From IMG/VR virus record IMGVR_UViG_3300037261_000033, positions 1-64,000 of that record: a stretch of 64,000 bases of DNA. One strand, written 5' to 3'. Below, one piece after another: positions 64,000-64,000 of the stretch. The stretch comes from a virus. A program made the translations under genes and the position numbers. Each line of letters starts with the position of its first letter. Within the stretch, counting starts at the first letter, position 1. The notes beneath the pieces are model-generated. The model searched no databases and had not been told where the DNA came from. It was given only the letters and a program-made list of their open reading frames with translations.

Positions 64000-64000
64000 T

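Noticed and set aside
1-64000. Genome-wide stop codon reassignment
   Set aside because: Conserved genes are intact in code 11, and TAG, TGA and TAA all end genes at sensible, often coupled positions
1-64000. Diversity-generating retroelement or retron
   Set aside because: No reverse transcriptase motif and no adenine-specific TR/VR pair noticed

Overview
The whole window is part of a tailed dsDNA phage (siphovirus with a lambda-like J/I/K/L/M tail tip); no cellular housekeeping genes, integrase or attachment site are visible, and essentially all real genes are on the minus strand. In transcription order (right to left): an accessory cassette behind a conserved promoter/operator (63.7-59.1 kb), a chimeric Met/Pro tRNA-like RNA, a lysozyme-like protein, ParB-like protein, C5 methyltransferase, terminase small/large subunits, ~13 kb of accessory genes (intein-containing SNF2 helicase, HerA-like ATPase, degenerate resolvase, HNH, lipoprotein), tRNA-Ser, portal, a gpF-like head protein that appears split in two, a second cassette behind a copy of the same promoter/operator (GHKL-zincin fusion, AAA+ ATPase), SNF2 helicase + N4/N6 methyltransferase, HNHs, scaffold, major capsid protein, a four-gene appendage-like module with a 50 x 20-aa repeat protein, head-tail joining genes, tail tube, chaperones (apparent +1 frameshift), tape measure, tail tip genes and the start of a tail fibre. 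All product calls come from motif recognition and gene order by eye; no searches were run and the host cannot be determined.
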